The translations under genes were made by a program, and so were the position numbers. This document shows, one piece after another, positions 13,600-38,545 of a DNA stretch of 64,000 nt; within the stretch, counting starts at the first letter, position 1; the number at the start of each line of letters is the position of its first letter. This DNA is from Gracilinanus agilis (Eukaryota). The notes under the pieces are model-generated. The model ran no database searches. It was not told the DNA's origin and saw nothing but the letters and a program-made list of their open reading frames with translations. The stretch is taken from positions 475,339,889-475,403,888 of the forward strand of contig NC_058133.1 in NCBI RefSeq assembly GCF_016433145.1. The letters are read 5' to 3'.

Positions 13600-15250
13600 A
13601 GTCCGGCTCTCTAAGCACTCTTGGAGAATGGGGAGATGCTGAGAGACTACTTTTAACTTCTCGGCTGAGTGTAGCTCCGCATAGTAAGACGGGCCATCCC
13701 GCCTCGAGAGCCTCTCTAAACCCGCATCCAAAAGTCAGTTCGGGAAGGAAAAGGTTGATCCCTGCCCCGGTCTGTACCCCCCCCCCCCCCCCGAGTCCAA
13801 GAGAAATCATCCAGCCTGGGGGTAAGGGGAGGTGTCTAGTTCAGGTAATGGGCAGAGCAGTACAGGGAGGAGCGCGAGTGGCCTCGCGGGGTTGTGACAA
13901 GGGTCCGAAGTGGAGCCGGCGAGGAGTCAACAGTGTGGGTAACGTGTGGCTCTCTCGGGTTATGTAAGGAAAGCGCTGTAACTACCTCCCGTCCGGGGCC
14001 GGCTTGTCTGCCTGCGAGGGAAGAGAACTCGGTGTTCCCATCGCTAGTCCCCGCCCTGCCCGGAGACACTCAGCTCGGCTGGGGGAGGGGGAAGGGGAGT
14101 GTAAAATGGAGACGCGGGGAGTCACGAGTCCCAGGCCAGAGAGTGTGACTATATACGCCCAGACACATGGTGTCCCACACTGCCGGCCGGTCCCACACGT
14201 TGCAAACACCGGGTTGTCTCGACTCCACGTGCCCGGTTCGTGAGCCTGAGGGGGGGGGGGGGACAATTTCGGGGGCGGAGCCTGGAACTCCAGGAGCAAC
14301 ACCTTGGATACGGAATACCCCTCTCTCACCCAGCCACCGCGTCCCTGGAGCTCCGAACCGCCCTCCTTCCGCCCCTAACCATGAGTATGCTCTTTTTCTC
14401 CAGGACCAGCAAACTCGAGACTCTCGGGCCCAGCCCCTTCACCTCCCCACCCAGGTCTAGCCAGTCTAACTCCTGCCCTCCTTTTTGGTCTTTCCTTCTT
14501 CCCCCACCCCTTTCGGCCACCGGGTCCCCTTTCTAAGCCGCATGTAGGGGCGGAGCACGGTATTAGTCTCTCCAGGCCAATTGGCGTTGGGCCGTCCCTC
14601 CATTGGCCGAGCCCCTGTGCGCTTAGCCAATGAAGAGGGGATGTCGTCATGGGCCGGAGAACAGAGGTCACGTGTTCCCGGCTCTCCAGCCAATGGGAGG
14701 GTAGCGATCGGGTGCGCAGGGGGAGGCACGTGCGGAGCCGCACGTGTCTGGATGGGGGTAGGGGCGGGACCTGGCTAAGGGGAGGCGGAGGAGGGAACTG
14801 TGGACCAGGTGCGCTAGTGAGAGCCTTGGACTGAACGAGGAGGAGGTAAGTGAGTCTTGGGCCCCGGGGACGAGTCGCCGTGGGGTGACCTCGGAGAGAA
14901 TGGGTCTTGAGAAACGGGGAATGCGATAATGACCCTGGGTGGGAATGCGTTAGGAGGCTGGGACAGACTGGAGCAGGTCGGAGATCGGGATCCTGGTTTG
15001 GGGAGAGCTTGACAAGGGGCGGCGGCTGACCTCACCCTTCCTTGTGCTTTGGAGGGGCTGCGGGGAGGTGGGAGTGGCAGCTCTGGGCGTATGTCCCCGG
15101 ATCCCCGCCGCTTCCGCTTGCCCTACACCTGGCCCCCACCCACAGAGGCTGGCGCAAGCTTGACCAAGAGTTAGAGGAGGGTGAGAGCGACAGCCCCAGT
15201 AGATGTAGGACGGCAGCTAGTGGGAGGACAGATGTCGTGGTGGATGTGAT
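13600..15250 (+). promoter_or_regulatory. CIART CpG island promoter with circadian elements
   Basis: CACGTG at 14226, 14669, 14727, 14741; CACGTT 14196; AACGTG 13941; D-box TTATGTAA 13960-13967; CCAAT/ATTGG at 14577, 14602, 14627, 14690; GC box near 14761. Confidence 0.85.
14780..14845 (+). other. CIART: CIART non-coding exon 1 (start approximate)
   Basis: Donor GAG|GTAAGT at 14846; next acceptor ttgcag| at 15502. Confidence 0.65.
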
Positions 15251-15568
15251 CAAAAATTTTCCTTTCGTTTTTGGAAAAAAGGCTCGAGCAGCTCCCATCA
15301 TTCTGGAGGCGGCTTCTTAGGGGAAGCTTTTGAGTCAATTCCAGCCCCTTCAAGCACAGATGACGGGTGACTTTTCTGTCGCCTCAAAGATCATTTTGAG
15401 TTTGGGGCACCAGTATCCTAGGTCCGCTTTGCCCACCCTGTAGCCACTATACCAGTTCCCCGAACCTGAGGCACAAACTCTTGCTTTGTTCTTAAGTTGC
15501 AGGTTCAGATGTACTACAGCATCTGTTCGTAATTCAGCACTTCGTTCATCTCCAGCTCCCCTGGAACC

Positions 15569-18166
15569 ATGGATTCTCCATCTAGCATTTCCTTCTATTC
15601 CTCTTCCTCCCTCTCTTCTTCCTCTTCCCCCTCCGGGGTAGACAGTGCCCTCAGTGACTTTGGCTTTCCCTCTGATAGTGAGGGAGAGAGCAGGGGGCTT
15701 CATGGGCCCAGGTCAGAGGCTGGTTGGCAGAGAGGAAGTCACCGGCTAGCCCCTCTTCGATGTTGCCGGCGTCCCTCGAGTTCCACTGGTCCTCAGGCTG
15801 CTTCTTGCCTAGAAGGACCTGACTTGGCTTCTCCCATGCCTGTGTTGGGAATGAAAAGATCAAGAGACAATGAGGAGGAGACCTGTCATAACATCCAAAA
15901 CCCTAGGACGGAGGGAGATCGGCTATTTGCTCAGAAGGTAAGAAAGAAGGAAGGGGACAAACTATGTTCTGGAGTGTTTATTGATTCCAATTGGGTTGTT
16001 ACTGACCCTCTTAGGGGAGGTCATAGCCCTTGGATTTAAAAGAAGAATTTGTATTGTGGTAGATAAACTTTCAGTTTGCTTATAGTCTCTGAATCTTTTT
16101 TTATATAGTGTAAAGAGCTCCAAGGATTCATTCGCCCCCTCACAGACCTGTTGAATGGGCTGAAGATGGGCCGCTATGAGAGAGGTAGTTGTCTTTGTCC
16201 ATCTGTTCCCCTGTGTTACTCATTCGGGCTGTATCCATATCTTTGCCAGAATGGAAATAAGCTGCTTTGGCTTCTTCCTTTTTGTCCCTGGAATAGTTGT
16301 AACACCTGAAAGTAACCCTATCCCAATCTATCCTTAAGTACTAGAGCTTCACCCAGCTAAAAGCCTGGATGCTTGAGTTTCTTACTCCTCTAAAAGCTTT
16401 GTTGTGGAAAAGAAATGCCCCCTTTTTTTCCTTTTCTCCCAACAAGCCAGAAATGTATTCTCTTCTTTCTTCTCTAGCCTAGAGTCTTTCAACCCTTAGT
16501 ATCTCTTTCCCTCTCTCATTTACATTTAGGATTAAGCAGTTTTCAACAAAGTGTGGCAATGGACAGGATTCAGCGGATAGTAGGGGTTCTACAGAAGCCT
16601 GAGATGGGGTAAGTTGCCCTGCTTTATCTGACTCAAAGTATGAGGTCTCCTTAATCTTGTTTTCTTTTTCCTTCTAATTCTAAAATCTCCAACTGTTCTA
16701 CCCCTCCCCCCCTTTTTTTTCTTTTTTTTTTTGCAGTGAGCGTTATCTAGGGACCTTGCTACAAGTAGAGGGTATGTTGAAGACCTGGTTCCCTCATGTT
16801 GCCTCTCAGAGGGCAACTCCAGGGGATGGGAAACACAGGCTTCTCTCCAAGGTGAGAACTTAAAAGCTATGAGATAGGGTAGAAGGACTGTATGTAGAGT
16901 GGGATTATATCTTCCTTTATCACTGAACCCTTCCTTCTGGATGGGAGCATCTCCAGGAAGGGAGCTGCTTCTTTGTCTCCTTAAGCTTGCTTTATATCTG
17001 TCACTGGGATTTTTTCCAATGTCTAATCTCCTTTTAACTATAACTGCTGAGCTTGTCTCTTGAATAGATAGTAGGTAGAAAGGGTCTTTTCCCTGGCTGG
17101 GTCTCTAGGCAAGCCAATAAGACATATTTTTTTCTCCTCCAATCTGACTTTAATTTAGAACAGATTAAGGTGGATTTTTGGGGGGTTTTATAAGGGGATT
17201 TACTACAGGATTCCTTTAAATAATATAATCTCATAGACTTAGTTTGCAAAATTTTGGTTTATCACATTGTCCGACCTTGGACAAATCATCTTGATGTCTT
17301 TGGGTCTCACTTCCCTCATCCGTAAAATGAGGGGCTAGAACTAGGTAACCTCTAAAGTTCTTTGTCTGAATCTACAATCCTGCAACTTCTCAAAACAATT
17401 ATATGGGCAAGATATACCTTTTTTGTACATTGAGAACTGGAAAAGTGCTTATAGAATGTGGAGTAAAAGATTGCAATTGAGGGGGTAGTTAGGGAAGCTG
17501 TGTTGCCTTTGAGAGGGTTTGGGGCCCTGGCCTTAGGGTCACCTGTTGCCTCTTTGCATCTCCAGAGAAAAAGCAGCTCTTTATGGTTTCGTCACTTACC
17601 ACTTTCTCTTCAATCTTTTTTCTGATTCCCAGTATTTGGCCAGCAGCCAGGCCTACCCAACTGGTCCCTCAGCTGATCTTGCCAGAAAGGAGATGAACCA
17701 GATTCAGCTAAGACATCTAGATCAAGGAAAAGAGAAGTTGCATTCTCAAGAACAAGAGTTGCCCCAACTCCTCCCAGAATGGCCAGCCATGAACTTGACA
17801 TGGATCCATACAACCCCCATTTGCAATCCACCTCTCAGTTCCCTTGGCTCAGCTGCCTTCAGCCATGGTCTTTTGGGTCCTGGGGCCAGCTTTGGATTTA
17901 TCCTCTTCCTTCAGCATGGAGCACAATCTTTTGCACGTTCAGCACCCCCCACTCCCGTCCCCTATTCTGCAGTGTCTTCTGTTGTCTGCGATGGTCCAAA
18001 GAACATCCCTGAAGAAGAGCCTCATTGCTACAGTTTACCAGTTTCTCTGGCATCTACCCCACTGACCTCAGAGTGGAGCCATTCCCTGTCTTCACCCTGT
18101 TTACCCACTGTGGCCAGAGAGAAGACAACCAGAATGGATGAAAAACAAGCTCTTCATTTTTGCTGA
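15569..18166 (+). CDS. CIART: Circadian-associated repressor of transcription (CHRONO), 390 aa
   Basis: join(15569-15937,16109-16184,16530-16608,16737-16851,17633-18166)=1173 nt, GT-AG. Contains MDSPSS..., FAQK-CKELQGFIRPLTDLLNGLKMGRYERG-LSSFQQSVAMDRIQRIVGVLQKPEMG-ERYLGTLLQVEGMLKTWFP and WPAMNLTWIHTTPICNPP, all characteristic of CIART. Confidence 0.95.
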
Positions 18167-18849
18167 CATCCTGTTCTCCCTGTCCCAACTACAGGACTCT
18201 CTGCTCTGGTTCTGTTTTGTGTGTGTGTATGTGTATGTGTGTGTGTTTTGTTCTGTTTTTTTAACTTTTTGAAGTGTGTATATTTGTGCTGAGGGGATAG
18301 AAACCCTCTCTGATTAAAGTAATTTTACACCTAAATTATTTTTTGATTGAGAAGGCGGTATAATTCTTTGCTATCTAGTACAAAGGTCTCTTACTGATCC
18401 TCACACCCCTCATTTCCTACAGTCTTTTATTCTTAACTGGAAAGTAGAAGCATAGGGGCTGTTTAGGTGGAGCTAAAATGAAATGTGCTTCTTCCTGTAT
18501 TGCCATTACCTTCAGAGGCATCTTCTTGGGACAACTCTCAGCTCAATTCTGTGTTTCATAGTTTAGTTCTTTTCTAGTTAAGTCCCAGGCTATCAAATTC
18601 ATTTTTGTTATTTCTCCACTGACCCAGATCAACAGCTGCTTCTACTGTGGGTTGGTCATTTACATTTGCAGGCTGTTGATGCTTTGGGGTGTGTGTGTAT
18701 TGAGGAAGAGCATCTCATGTAATTGTTGCCAAGGTAAGGACATAAGAGCTTAGAACATCTGAAGTTGACTGCCAATTTCTAGAGAGGGAGGGCCTTGAAA
18801 TTTCTCGGGCTGGGATTCCCTCAGGCATGAATTTTAGTAGTATAGGAAA

Positions 18850-19095
18850 AGGGAAAAGCTCCCTATTTTGTTGTTCAGCTATGCCCAACTCTTCTTGACC
18901 TCGTGGACACCAATGCTGCCTGTGGGGTTTTTTGGGCAAAGATACTGGAGTAGTTTACTGTTTATTTCTGCCATGGACTAAAGCAAATAGGTTAAGTGAC
19001 TTGCCTAGGGTCATACAGTATCTGAGGTTGGATTCGAATTCAAGTCTTCCTGACTCCAAGCCTATGGCTCTATCCACTGAACCACCCAGCTATCC
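18850..19095 (-). mobile_element. MAR1-type CORE-SINE
   Basis: Reverse CORE plus RTE-like tail (GGCAAAGATACTGGAGT); limits approximate. Confidence 0.55.
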
Positions 19096-19573
19096 TTCCC
19101 TCTAACTTAGAAGTAGATATGTAGTTAGAAGCAATTATACACTTCTCACCCTGAGTCTTTAGTATGTCAGGCATCATTTCTGTCCCTTAATAGTTATTCA
19201 AAGTGTCTAGAATAAACACAGAAATCTTTAATTTCCTTCTCCCTTCTCTTCTAGCCTCTAATATAGATGACTTTGGCAACTGTTTTATTGAAAATCAAGA
19301 ACAGAATCAATATGCCACATCCTCTCTGAGAATGGTTACTCTTCCCCATCCTCTCCAACTTGGGGTACCTTGGTCCATTCAGTTATTCTCTTAGCTACTT
19401 CCTTGGATTTTGTTTTTCTTTTGACTTTTATTGACATCATTGCCTGAACTGATGGGCTCAGGCATTGCTTATCTTGGAAGGCAAGAGGAATCTTAAAGGA
19501 TGGAAAGTCACCCTTTCAGGCAGGCAATGATCTCATAGACTCTTGAGTTAATCAAACCTTCTCCTTCAATAAC

Positions 19574-19778
19574 TTTTTTTTTTTTAATCCTTACCTTCCG
19601 TCTTGGAGTCAGTACTGTGTATTGGCTCCAAGGCAGAAGAGAGGTAAGGGCTAGGCAATGGGGGTCAAGTGATTTGCCTAGGGTCACACAGCTGGGAAGT
19701 GGCTGAGGCCAGATTTGAACCCAGGATCTCCCATGTCTAGACCTGGCTCTCAATCCACTGAGCTATCCAGCTGCCCCC
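19574..19778 (-). mobile_element. SINE1_Mdo-type SINE
   Basis: Poly-T left, reverse head CAGCTGCCCC right. Confidence 0.85.
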
Positions 19779-21706
19779 TCTCTATAGTTTTTCATTTTTA
19801 TTGACCATTCCTTTTAATTCAGCTTTATTTACTGAACATTTAACTTCTTAGGTATCTGTAAGGGGGTGATGGTTTGATTCTTCTCAGCTCTCTGGTAGAT
19901 CATTCTTGTTTTCCTGTCATGATTCCACTCCCTTCTTCCAAAATTGGAGATGTCCCAAGGCTCAGTCTTTAATTGCTTTTTTTCTAGACTCTCAGATATC
20001 TACTTTTTTACTCTTACCTCTACACAAATGTCTCAGATCTTTAACCTTTTTTCTCAATTCCAACTCCACATTTCTAACTGCTGAATATCTCCACATGGAA
20101 ATCTACCCTTCCCCTGAAAACTCATAGAAAAGTACAATATTTTAAAATTGGGAGGGACCTTTGAGTTCATCTTCAGCATTTTATAGGTAATGGAACTGAA
20201 GCCCAAAGAAATTACTTGTCCAAGTCACAAGGTGAAAACAAACTTAATCTTTGACTTCAAGTCTATAGAAACTTTTCTATTGTATGTTATTGTTCATAAC
20301 TCCCATATTGCACTCAGCACATGCTACCTTTTATCTTTTTATGTACTAGATTTGCCTTTGTGCCTTTAGTAGCATAATACCTTCTAGAGCAAAAGTTCCC
20401 TAAGTGTTATTGTTGATTTCCTGGTCTGAAAACTTGGTTGGGACCCCTTTGTGTGTGGGACCTGGTTTTCTTTGGAGATGAATTCAAAATTTGTGTAAGT
20501 TCTCTTGAGCATATTTGTTGATGGTTGGTATTTTCCTGAGTATACCCAATTTTTCCAGCTTAACTCACCTGAATTGTGACTTTGCTCCAGGTTTTGGTAA
20601 CTTCTGGAATTTGAAAGGTTTTCTTCTTCCCGTTCTGATATGTTTTAGCCAGGCTTATGAGTGTTGTATTCATGGTTCACTGGCTAACCTGCTGCAAAGG
20701 GCTGGAGTGATCTGATCCCTGCAAGTTTCTGCTCCTGAGTACTAGTTTGAGGGCCTAAGTAACACAACTGAAGGCTAGGAATCTTTGGCTAGATCCTATT
20801 CTGAACTCCCCTCTCTCTGTCCTTCAGTACATGGCTTCAAGCTCTAGGATTCCTTGACTTGCTCCGAGAGATGGAAGGCTTTTGTGAGATGAGCACCTAG
20901 ACAGAGATTTTCTTGTATTGACCTTTCTCAATATCCACAAGCTTCTGGCTGTTTTTTTTTTTTTTTTTTTTTTTTGGGTAGACCTGAGCTGACAAAAACA
21001 AAACAAAACAAACCTAGTTTTTGTTTTGATTTTTAGAAAAAAATGTGATTTTGTCTTGATGCTATCTTATCTAGTTTAATTCTTGCTGTAGTAATGGGAG
21101 AACTTGGCCTTTTTACTTCCACACACTACCATCTTGAGAGACTCCTGCTATATTTGTCTACATCTGTGCAGAGTACATCTCTGCTCTGATATGTGCATTG
21201 AGCTTATGCCTTGGAGGAAACAATAGTTCTTGTAAGTGATTGCTTTAGGGAAGAACCTTTGTCATTTTAACCTCCCTTTCTGGCATTGGCCTAGGAGGTC
21301 CCTAAGTGACCTAATAACCCTTTAGTAGTAGTGGTGAATTTTGAATGCAACAGAGGAAATGCTTTCTCTTGGGGAGAAAAGGGTTGGAAGAGAAGCGACC
21401 TGAAGATTGTCTAAGAACTAAAAGCTCAGATGGAGGGGAAAAGGAAAGCAACTGTCAGAACTGATCATTTGGTTCAAAATATCCCCCGTTTTGGGAAAAG
21501 TGCCGAGAACAGGCTTATCGTAGGCACATTACACTTAAGTATTTGGATTGGGGCTTGTTTCTTTGTCCTTGTAACCTGGCACACTAAGTAAGCGCCTAAT
21601 AAATACTAGATAAAAGTAGGGGGCGGGGCTTGTGGGCGAAGAGAGGGCTGATAGGCAGGGTCTACTAGTCTCGGGAACCACAGATCTGAACCTCCTTTTT
21701 CAGGCT

Positions 21707-21903
21707 GTTTTTTTTTTTTTTTTTTTTAACCCTTAATTTCTGTGTATTGGCTCCTATGTGATAGATTGGTAAGGGTGGGCAATGGGGGTCAAGTGACTTG
21801 CCCAGGGTCACCCAGCTGGGAAGCGTCTGAGGCCGCATTTGAACCTAGGACCTCCCGTCTCTAGGCCTGGCTCTCAATCCACTGAGCTACCCAGCTGCCC
21901 CCC
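21707..21903 (-). mobile_element. SINE1_Mdo-type SINE
   Basis: Reverse copy; TSD TTTCAGGCTGTT. Confidence 0.85.
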
Positions 21904-21999
21904 TTTCAGGCTGTTAAGGAGGGGGACGGAGGAGGGCCTGCTCTTTCGCTCGTCCTCTTATCTCTCCAGAAAGAGAGAAAGAATTGGGTAGAGCATACC

Positions 22000-22650
22000 A
22001 TGGAGAGGACGGACAGCCTTCTCGAAGACGAGGGCTGGGACGAACCAAGGGCGAGCGTCCAGGAGCGACTGCCCAGCTCCGAGCTCAGTTGAGGAGGGAC
22101 TTACGAACTCGGATACCAGAAGGTTGTCATAGTTTCAAGAAGCCTGAAAGCTCACGCGCCGCCCCGCCCCACTCCGGACCCCTGGCCGGCTCTTCTTTTC
22201 TACGGCCCCGCCCAGCCGCCAGGATTCCTTAGTTTCCGCTTCCGGTTGCGACACTGGCTAGAGGTCGTTCTGTCCCCGAGGACGTGGGGTGAGGATCTAG
22301 GTTTAGCGGGTGGTAAAAAGTGGAGAGGGCGGAGGGGGCCCCGGAAGAATTCCTTTCTTCCCCTGCAAAAGCGGGCCAGATTTGGGGCGGAGGGTGGGTT
22401 ACCGGAGCTATAAGAGGAGGTCGCGATCGCACGTGCTCCTCGCCTGAGGTGGGGTAGAATTCTGTTACTATGGGAACCCATCCTCTCTGCGATGCCCCTC
22501 GTTATTGTCCGCCGAGCTTTCGGTCTCGCTAGAGACCTCCTGTCCCAACCGTTCCTTAGCGTGTGCGGGCCTTCTCGTGCTCCATCCCAGCCCTTTTTCC
22601 AGAACACTTTTAGATCCTCATTCGTAAGTGGTTCCTGTGATTGTGCCTTT
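22000..22650 (+). promoter_or_regulatory. MRPS21 CpG island promoter / non-coding exon 1
   Basis: ETS/GABP motifs CTTCCGG 22239-22245 and CCGGAAG 22341-22347, GC boxes, CACGTG 22430; candidate donor GTAAGT at 22624. Confidence 0.7.
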
Positions 22651-22778
22651 TTTCTTTCTGTCTATTCCAGCCCCCGCAAAGGCCTGATGAACACTGACTG
22701 AATTTAATTTTCATTTTTCCAGCTGGCAGTCATCTCCCACCACCCCCATCCCCTCCACCTACCCTTCAGCTGGCTTAG

Positions 22779-35455
<12,677 letters not shown>

Positions 35456-36834
35456 GGCCAATGGGGATAAAGAGACCCAATGTGAAAACTCTCTACTGGG
35501 CAATAACTATGTCTCCACAGGTTTCTTCTAAGAGCCTCAAAAATTGGAGAATTTACTTTCCTCTTTTTCCAGCCTTGTTTTCCATCCTAATATATTCCCA
35601 TACATACCTATATACTTGCATGCATGCCAGGTTTAGCCCCATATCAGTGACATCATTAAATGTTCCTCACTCCTATATCTTTGATTAATAGACAACCCCA
35701 CGGCACTATTTCTTTGCCATTCTAAAGAACCAGGGGGCAGACTTAAAAAATGAATAAGTGGAACATAACACTTTATTCTATTCCTTGACCCCAAATAGTT
35801 CCCAGTAAGGAAAACTGAGAACTATAGACAAGAAAGACTCCCTAGCATTATTTAGAAAAATTATCTATTCTTTCTAATGAATAATTTCCTAAACTGAAAA
35901 AGGGCACTGCTCATGTAGTTGGAATAAATTCTACTTTTGAACCATCTCACCAGACTACTGGATGAAATCTTTCCCCATGAGAATTCCTGGAAAGCCTGCC
36001 AACCCTAACATTCATGCCTGTTTTCTGTCTTTTGTTCTGCTTTTGTATTCAAGTTTGGGGAGGAGGGACAAGAATAAATTGGAGACAGGAGGTTGTGATA
36101 ATAGGCATAAAGGTGAATAGGGGAGCAGTTAAAATGTGAAAAAGTCGAGAAGGTGGAGCATACGTGGGATAGATCTAAATCAAGGAAACAAAGTGGAGTT
36201 TTACACCCCACCCCCAATTTCTCTTCCCACAGCAGGTACTCTTGGGTATGTGACACTGACAGCTTGTGGCATTGGGCCACTGGAGGGAAAGCCAGCTGCT
36301 TTGCTTCCTCTCCTGCTGTCTGTTTGTTCTGGCTTCAGTTCCCAGATAGCCGTGTTGCTGATATTAGGCAAGTAGACGCCAACCCCTGTAGGAGATAGGG
36401 AGGCTGAGGTAGGTAGCCCACCCCCTCTTTCACACAGGCTGTAGCCTTCTGTAGCCTGCATGGTGTTTAAAAGGGAAATAAACAGTGTAGACTGCCAAGT
36501 TTCCTTCCTTCACAACTTGCAGATATTCAGACGTCTCCCTCTGGTGGTAAGGAAGGCTTACTCATTTATCTTCTTTTTAATATCTTCCCCTAGGAATTCC
36601 CATTTATAGTGACATCCTTAGTGATTAATAAAGCTGAATCTGTATATGATGTAACTCATGTGGTCTTTGCCCTTTTGAGCTTTTACCCTTCCATTAATGT
36701 CAACATTAAGAGTACAAGAGGAATACTAGAGAAATAGAAGATATCCTTGTCTTCTAGAAGTTGATAATCCACCTGAAAAAGACTATATACATGTGGGAAA
36801 AAAATTTTTAATTACAGTTTTATGTACAGTCTCA

Positions 36835-36990
36835 CTTTTTTTTTAACCCTTATGTTCTGTCATAGCATAGCAATGAGGGTTAAGTGACTTGCCCAGTGTC
36901 ACACAACTAGGAAGTGTCAGAGGCCAGATATGAAATCAGGCCCTCCTGACTCCAGGCTTGTTGCTGTCTACTGAGCCACCTAGCAGCCCC
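36835..36990 (-). mobile_element. Marsupial SINE
   Basis: Reverse copy. Confidence 0.7.
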
Positions 36991-38361
36991 CTCAAACACT
37001 CAATGCCATTTTGTTGTCAGGCAACGTATTTTGTCAATGTTTTCCCTTTTGTCTTCTGTGTCAAAACAAAATTTAGGAAAGGAATATATCAAAGCAAGAA
37101 ATCAGTTACATATAAATTCATGATAAATATATTCCACAAACATTGTGTCAGCCTGCTGTTAGCAGAACACCCTTGTGAGGGAGGAGGGAAAATACAAAGT
37201 TGACCTACTAATGAATCCCTGTCCTCATGCACTTACAATGTGGGGGAATGGATAAGATACAAATATGGATAAATAAGATACAAAAGACTTAAAAAGTGTA
37301 TTAAATTGCTATTTGAGGGCCATAGTAAAGAAGGAATTACTTTGATACAGTAGATCAGAGAAATTTAGGAGCGATATGATGTTCAACATGTCTAAAATAG
37401 AAGTGATTTCAGTCTCCCTTCTTTGAAGTCCATCCTCCCATAGCAGCCAAAATTAACTCCCTAAGACATGGATGTGAAAAAGTCATGAAGCATTTAATTT
37501 AAGCACTGTGTGCTTGGCAGGCACTACACTGATTGCTGGAAATATAAATACAAGTAGAAAGAAAGGCTATCCTTGTCCTCAAGGAGCTTACATTCTAACA
37601 GAGGAAGACAACACATACTACAAAGAAGATCGGGGGAAGGTACCCAGAATGGCCTGGTAGGTAGAGTCCAGAGTGAAATGAAAATAAAGCTGGCCTCAGT
37701 TCTTAAAATGGAGGTTTTAGGGGAAGTGGCAAATTTGAAGGGGCAGAGTGTACTAGTATGAGAGAACCTGGGGTAGAATAAAGTTCCAGGATGAGGAAGC
37801 TGCTATGGCATGATGGAGAAAGTACAAACTCATGAGGAGATCCTGGAGAGAAATGATGCCATGGGCAGCCTAAGCTTCAATCCCATAAAGTGTGCTATAT
37901 TCTGACTCCACTAAGTCAAGACATTTCATTTTAGTCCACTTCATGGATTCCAGATTCTAGCTAACCTCACTTATTTGATGCTCATGAATCCCACTTGCCT
38001 TCCCACCTCCATCTCACACTTCTGGGCCTGACTGCATTCCTTCCTCACCTGAGCCTCCTAGAATCCTTGGCATCTATGACAGTGCACAAGAGACACTTAA
38101 TAAGCACATATGCATTAAGAAATTACAAACAAAAAATCAGAGAAACATGGCAAGATTTTACAATCTGATATAGTGAAGTAAGGAGACCTGGAAACTGCAT
38201 TTCGATGTAAAAACAAGAATACCAAAATAAAGCCGAGTGACTGAAAAAACAATCATGGTCTCAGGTAAGTTCATGAAACATACTTCCTCTTGGCAAAGAC
38301 TGGGCAACTGAAACAGATGACTGTATACATGGTGCTCTTAACGTTGTTAGAAGAAAATGGA

Positions 38362-38545
38362 GGGGCAGTTAGGTGGCTCACTGGATAGAGAGCCACGTTT
38401 AGAATTGAGGGTGGTGGGAGGGTGCCCTGGGTTCAAAAATATGGCCTCAGATACTACCTAGATGAGTGACCCTGGGCAACTTAACCCCAATTGCCTAACC
38501 CTTACCACTCTTCTTCCTTTGAACTGATATAAATTCTAAGCCAGA
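38362..38545 (+). mobile_element. Marsupial SINE
   Basis: Consensus-like head and body. Confidence 0.7.

Noticed and set aside
13457-15353. Many overlapping 60-125 aa ORFs on both strands, including 15042-15320
   Set aside because: They lie in the GC-rich CIART CpG island and intron 1, where stops are scarce; no recognisable domain or supporting splice structure.
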